Source: an uncultured Elusimicrobiaceae bacterium
Lineage (GTDB): Bacteria; Elusimicrobiota; Elusimicrobia; Elusimicrobiales; UBA9959
Reading direction: 5' to 3'
Assembly: GCA_964417965.1 (NCBI GenBank)
Contig: CAYQJX010000002.1
Span: 80,486-144,485, forward strand
Length of the DNA stretch: 64,000 bases
Positions within the stretch are counted from its first letter, which is position 1, and each line of letters begins with the position of its first letter. The notes under the pieces were generated by a model. It ran no database searches and had not been told where the DNA came from. It was given only the letters and a program-made list of their open reading frames with translations. Shown in pieces: positions 60,484-64,000 of this stretch. A program made the translations under genes and the position numbers.

Positions 60484-61892
60484 GGCGTCCCTCGCAGGGC
60501 TATGCCCTGGCCGCCGCCGAAAAGGCGGTGAACGGCCTGCTGGATAAAGGCCGGGCCGACCTGGCCTGCCGCCTGGCTTTAGAATCCGCCTGCAAACTTC
60601 CGTCCAGCCCCGTGCTGGGCAAACTCCTCGAGAAAGCCCTGAGCTGCTGCCCGGACGCGGCGCAGGCGAAAAAGATCTACGCCTCGCTGCTGGCCCTGCC
60701 CGGCGCTTACCCCGGCCATTATTACTGGCTGGCCATGTTCTGCAAGCGCGCCGGCGACTACGCCGGGATGAAAAAAGCTTTCGAGGGCTTCCTGCGCGCG
60801 CGCGGGAAGTCCGAGCCGCTCTACGCCTATATAGCCTGCTGCACCCTGGACCGGTACGAGGAAGCTTTCCGGGCGGCCGAGGAAGTGCTGGACGCGCCCG
60901 ACTCCGGCACGGTGCTGTCGCGGCTGTGGAACCCCTGGGGGGACAGGTCCTCGGCCATGCCGACGGGTTTCTTCCCCGCGCGCCTTAAAAAACTTGCCGC
61001 CGCCAAACTCAGCCCGGAGCTGGAACCTTACCGCGCCTTCCTGCGCGGCGCGCTGCTGTATTATACCGGCGACTATGCCGGCGCGCTGCGCTCCTTCGAC
61101 GGGCTGCCCGCTCTCCCTGCGGAGCGCTACGGCTGGATGCGTTTCCCCGCCGGTCTGGCCGCGCTGTACAGGCTGGAGTTCAGCCGCGCCTTCAAAGAAT
61201 TCTCCGCCAGCGAGAAAGCGGCGGTCTCCAGGGTTACCTCCATGGGCCGCCTGGCCGAAGTTTGTTTCTGCACCGGCAGCTATGCCGCCGGACTAAAGAA
61301 GCTGCGCGGGGCGCAGGAGCTTGCCCCGCTGTGGGCCCGGGCCGGCCTCCTGGCCTGGGAAGGCCAGCTGAGGCTCTTCGCCGGCAGGTATAAGGAAGCC
61401 CTCGTGCCCCTGAGCGCCGGAGCCCTGGGCGGGGACGACGCGGCCTACTGCTGGCGCGGCGCCGCGCTGCTGCGGCTGGGCCGCCTGGCGGAGGCGCTGG
61501 TCGACCTGGACAAGGCCGTGGAGCTTTTTCCCACCGACAGGGAGGCGCGGGTCTGGCGGGCCGAGGCCCGCTCCCTGGCCGGTAACCCGGCGGGGGCGCT
61601 GGCGGACCTGGAGTCGGTGCTCGCCCACGGGCCCAATAACTGGGCCTACATTGACCGCGCGCTGCTGCGGAGCGACGCCGGAGACGAGCAGGGTATGCGC
61701 GCGGACTTCCGGCTGGTGGCCCCTGAAATACGCCGGGCCCTGGCCCGCGCCGCCGGGGGAAGAGACGTCCGGGCGAGGCTTGAAAAAGCGCATGAACTGG
61801 CACTGGGCGACCGCCGGGACGAGAAATATTTCAACCACGCGTGGCTACACCGCGCCGCGGGGCGTTTTACAAACCGCCGCGCCATTGATTAG
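60480..61892 (+). CDS. TPR-repeat protein (paralog of 39982..41217)
   Basis: Shares blocks with the other TPR gene: YGWMRFPAGL, AWEGQLRLFAGRYKEALVPL, YCWRGAALLRLGR, ARVWRAEARS, GDRRDEKYFNHAWL. Confidence 0.7.
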   Translation: MRRPSQGYALAAAEKAVNGLLDKGRADLACRLALESACKLPSSPVLGKLLEKALSCCPDAAQAKKIYASLLALPGAYPGHYYWLAMFCKRAGDYAGMKKAFEGFLRARGKSEPLYAYIACCTLDRYEEAFRAAEEVLDAPDSGTVLSRLWNPWGDRSSAMPTGFFPARLKKLAAAKLSPELEPYRAFLRGALLYYTGDYAGALRSFDGLPALPAERYGWMRFPAGLAALYRLEFSRAFKEFSASEKAAVSRVTSMGRLAEVCFCTGSYAAGLKKLRGAQELAPLWARAGLLAWEGQLRLFAGRYKEALVPLSAGALGGDDAAYCWRGAALLRLGRLAEALVDLDKAVELFPTDREARVWRAEARSLAGNPAGALADLESVLAHGPNNWAYIDRALLRSDAGDEQGMRADFRLVAPEIRRALARAAGGRDVRARLEKAHELALGDRRDEKYFNHAWLHRAAGRFTNRRAID

Positions 61893-61926
61893 AATATAAG
61901 TGGATTTAGATACTTCAGGAGGAAAA

Positions 61927-63117
61927 ATGAACAACGCAGAACTCATCCGCAAGGCCGCCGACAAATATAAGAAGGACATAGTGGCCTTCGCCCGCAACAT
62001 CATCCGCACCCCCAGCTTCTCCTGCCAGGAAGGCAAGCTCGTGGAACTCATCAAGAAGGAAATGGTGAAGGTCGGCTTCGACAAGGTGAAGATCGACGCG
62101 ATGGGCAACATCATCGGCTTCATCGGCCACGGCAAAAAGAAGATCATGATGGACGCCCACATCGACACCGTCGGCATAGGCGACCCCAAGGCCTGGAAGA
62201 TAGACCCGTTCGCGGGCATCTACAAGAACGACACCATTTACGGCCGCGGCGCCACCGACCAGAAGCTGTCGATGGCCTCCATGGTCTACGCCGGCAAGAT
62301 CATAAAGGACCTCAAGCTCCAGGGCGACTACACCCTGATGGTGGTCGGCTCCGTGATGGAAGAAGACTGCGACGGCCTGCCGCTGCTGCACATCATCAAC
62401 AAAGAGAAGATCCGCCCGGACTTCGTGGTGATCACCGAGCCCACCGACCTGAAGGTCTACCGCGGGCACCGCGGCCGCATGGAGATGAAGGTCATCACCA
62501 AGGGCCGCTCCTGCCACGCCTCCGCGCCCGAGCGCGGCGACAACGCCGTGGTGAAAATGGCCGACATCACCAAGGAAATAACCGCCCTCAATAAAAAGCT
62601 GAAGAACGACAAGTTCATCGGCAAAGGCACCGTGGCCGTGACCGCCATAGAGTGCAAGACCCCGTCCTACAACGCCGTGCCCGACGAATGCACCATCTAC
62701 CTGGACCGCCGCCTCACCATAGGCGAAACGCTCAAGAGCTCGGTAGCCGAGATAGAGCGCCTGCCTTCCGTGAAGCGGGCCAAGGGCAAAGTGGAAGTGC
62801 TCCAGTACGACGCGGTCGCCTGGACCGGCCTGAAAGTGAGCCAGGAAAAATACTTCCCCACCTGGGTGCTGCCCCGCGAGCACCGGCTGGTTAACGCCGG
62901 CGTGGAGGCCGGCAAAGTGGCCCTCAACAAGATGCCCGTAGTGGACCGCTGGGTGTTCTCCACCAACGGAGTGGCTTCGGCCGGCCGCCTGGGCATCCCC
63001 ACCATCGGCTTCGGCCCCGGCAACGAGGTGCACGCGCACACCGTCAACGAGTTCATGCCCGCCGAGGACCTGGTGAAAGCCGCCGCGTTCTACGCCGCGC
63101 TGCCGCAGTTCCTGTAA
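61927..63117 (+). CDS. M20 family metallohydrolase (ArgE/DapE/YgeY-like)
   Basis: RBS ggagg precedes the ATG at 61927. Contains MDAHIDTVG, GRGATDQK, VMEEDCDG and VHAHTVNEF. Confidence 0.85.
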   Translation: MNNAELIRKAADKYKKDIVAFARNIIRTPSFSCQEGKLVELIKKEMVKVGFDKVKIDAMGNIIGFIGHGKKKIMMDAHIDTVGIGDPKAWKIDPFAGIYKNDTIYGRGATDQKLSMASMVYAGKIIKDLKLQGDYTLMVVGSVMEEDCDGLPLLHIINKEKIRPDFVVITEPTDLKVYRGHRGRMEMKVITKGRSCHASAPERGDNAVVKMADITKEITALNKKLKNDKFIGKGTVAVTAIECKTPSYNAVPDECTIYLDRRLTIGETLKSSVAEIERLPSVKRAKGKVEVLQYDAVAWTGLKVSQEKYFPTWVLPREHRLVNAGVEAGKVALNKMPVVDRWVFSTNGVASAGRLGIPTIGFGPGNEVHAHTVNEFMPAEDLVKAAAFYAALPQFL

Positions 63118-63132
63118 TCAGCCGCAGTCAGT

Positions 63133-63178
63133 AAAAACAGAAGGCCGGCCGCTTAACGCGACCGGCCTTCTGTTTTTT
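63133..63178. terminator. Bidirectional rho-independent terminator
   Basis: aaaaa, then cagaaggccgg (63138-63148), N13, ccggccttctg (63162-63172), then tttttt. Lies between convergent genes. Confidence 0.85.
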
Positions 63179-63188
63179 GTGTCCCCGC

Positions 63189-64000
63189 TCAGGCCGAGTG
63201 TTTTATCGAGGCCGGGGTGGCGCGCTTGAAAGCCCAGTCGCGGATGGCCTTGACCTGCTCGGACATGGTCTTGGAAAGCGGTACCATGCTGTGCGTCTGC
63301 AGCCAGATGTCGTCGGTGGTCACCGCCTTGCCGGACTGGCGCGCGTCTATGCGCGTGGCGATAATGGCCTGTTCTATTTCCGCGCCGCTCCAGCCGCTGG
63401 TGCAGGCGATCAGGCGGGGGATGTCTATGCCGGAAGCGGTGCCGAGATTGCGTTCCAGGTGGATCTGCAGGATCTGCGCGCGCTCGACGTCGTCGGGCAG
63501 GTCGCAGAAGAACACCTGGTCGAAGCGGCCCTTGCGGATGACCTCGGCCGGGAGCATCTCGATGCGGTTGGCCGTGGCCGCCACGAAGATGAGCGGCGGC
63601 TTTTCCTGCATCCAGGTCAGGAATTCAGAGAAGATCATTGACTGGGGAGTGGCGGCCTCTTTCGGGATGCTGAGGCTGCTCTCCATCTCGTCTATCCAGA
63701 GCACGGCGGGCGCTATGCTCTCGATGGTGTCCAGGGCCCGGCGGAAAGCGGTTTCGGGGCTGCCGTACTGGCCCGAGAAGACCATGCTCATGTTCAGGCG
63801 GAACAGCGGCACGTGCCAGAGCCCGGCGATGGCCTTGGCCAGCAGGCTCTTGCCGCAGCCGCTGACGCCCATTACCAGCACGCCTTTCGGGATCGGCATG
63901 CCGGAGTTGACCGCTTCCTGGTTGAACAGGTCCTTGCGCTTGGCCGCCCAGCTCTTTACGTTCTCCAGGCCGCCGACCGCGCTGGTGTCCACCTTGAGCG
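63189..64000 (-). CDS. AAA+ ATPase (partial; N-terminus beyond window end)
   Basis: Walker A GVLVMGVSGCGKSLLAKA. Walker B VLWIDEMES. The C-terminus ends at 63189, and the ORF is still open at the window edge. Confidence 0.85.
   Translation of the reverse strand, partial: LKVDTSAVGGLENVKSWAAKRKDLFNQEAVNSGMPIPKGVLVMGVSGCGKSLLAKAIAGLWHVPLFRLNMSMVFSGQYGSPETAFRRALDTIESIAPAVLWIDEMESSLSIPKEAATPQSMIFSEFLTWMQEKPPLIFVAATANRIEMLPAEVIRKGRFDQVFFCDLPDDVERAQILQIHLERNLGTASGIDIPRLIACTSGWSGAEIEQAIIATRIDARQSGKAVTTDDIWLQTHSMVPLSKTMSEQVKAIRDWAFKRATPASIKHSA

Overview
This is a high-GC window from a diderm (outer-membrane) bacterium. The phylum cannot be determined from the sequence alone. All calls come from reading the supplied six-frame track and the DNA; no searches were run. 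The high GC produces many long antisense shadow ORFs, which I rejected wherever the opposite strand carries clear family motifs.

The window has three parts.

(1) 1-5.3 kb. A secreted lipase-like hydrolase, a YejM/LapC-like membrane sulfatase-family protein, and a visibly AT-richer 3-gene islet (a CPBP intramembrane protease plus two unknown secreted or membrane proteins).

(2) 5.3-26 kb. One long minus-strand envelope-biogenesis gene train: bamA, skp-like, lpxD, [two structured elements], lpxC, fabZ, lpxA, lpxI, DUF374, glgB, Gfo/Idh/MocA, lpxB, msbA-like, [repeat], ZIP transporter, rel, arfB-like, GT9. It is followed on the plus strand by a PIN-PhoH ATPase and a secreted barnase-type RNase with a barstar-like inhibitor.

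(3) 26-62 kb, the standout. This is a compact locus of 31 CDSs, most of them translationally coupled.
- I count 17 radical-SAM (rSAM) genes: 3 HxsB-like SPASM enzymes, 7 small HxsC-like enzymes, 3 AslB-like enzymes, 2 B12-binding-domain enzymes and 2 HemN-like enzymes.
- They surround a single 110-aa His-Xaa-Ser repeat precursor (hxsA, 13 consecutive HxS triplets) and two HxsD-like proteins.
- Also present: a Cys-rich membrane-anchored protein, an A24 aspartic peptidase, an NDP-sugar/GT2/GT-C glycosylation set, a UGM/PPOX-like flavoprotein, a SufS-like desulfurase and two paralogous TPR proteins.
- The described Hxs cassette, as I recall it, is a 4-gene system with an unknown product. I believe this multi-module expansion is undescribed.

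Separately, a roughly 116-nt structured repeat family occurs three times with compensatory stem changes. A 129-nt element with a perfect 23-bp closing stem sits between lpxC and lpxD.

Hxs family assignments and accession-level statements are from memory and need HMM confirmation.
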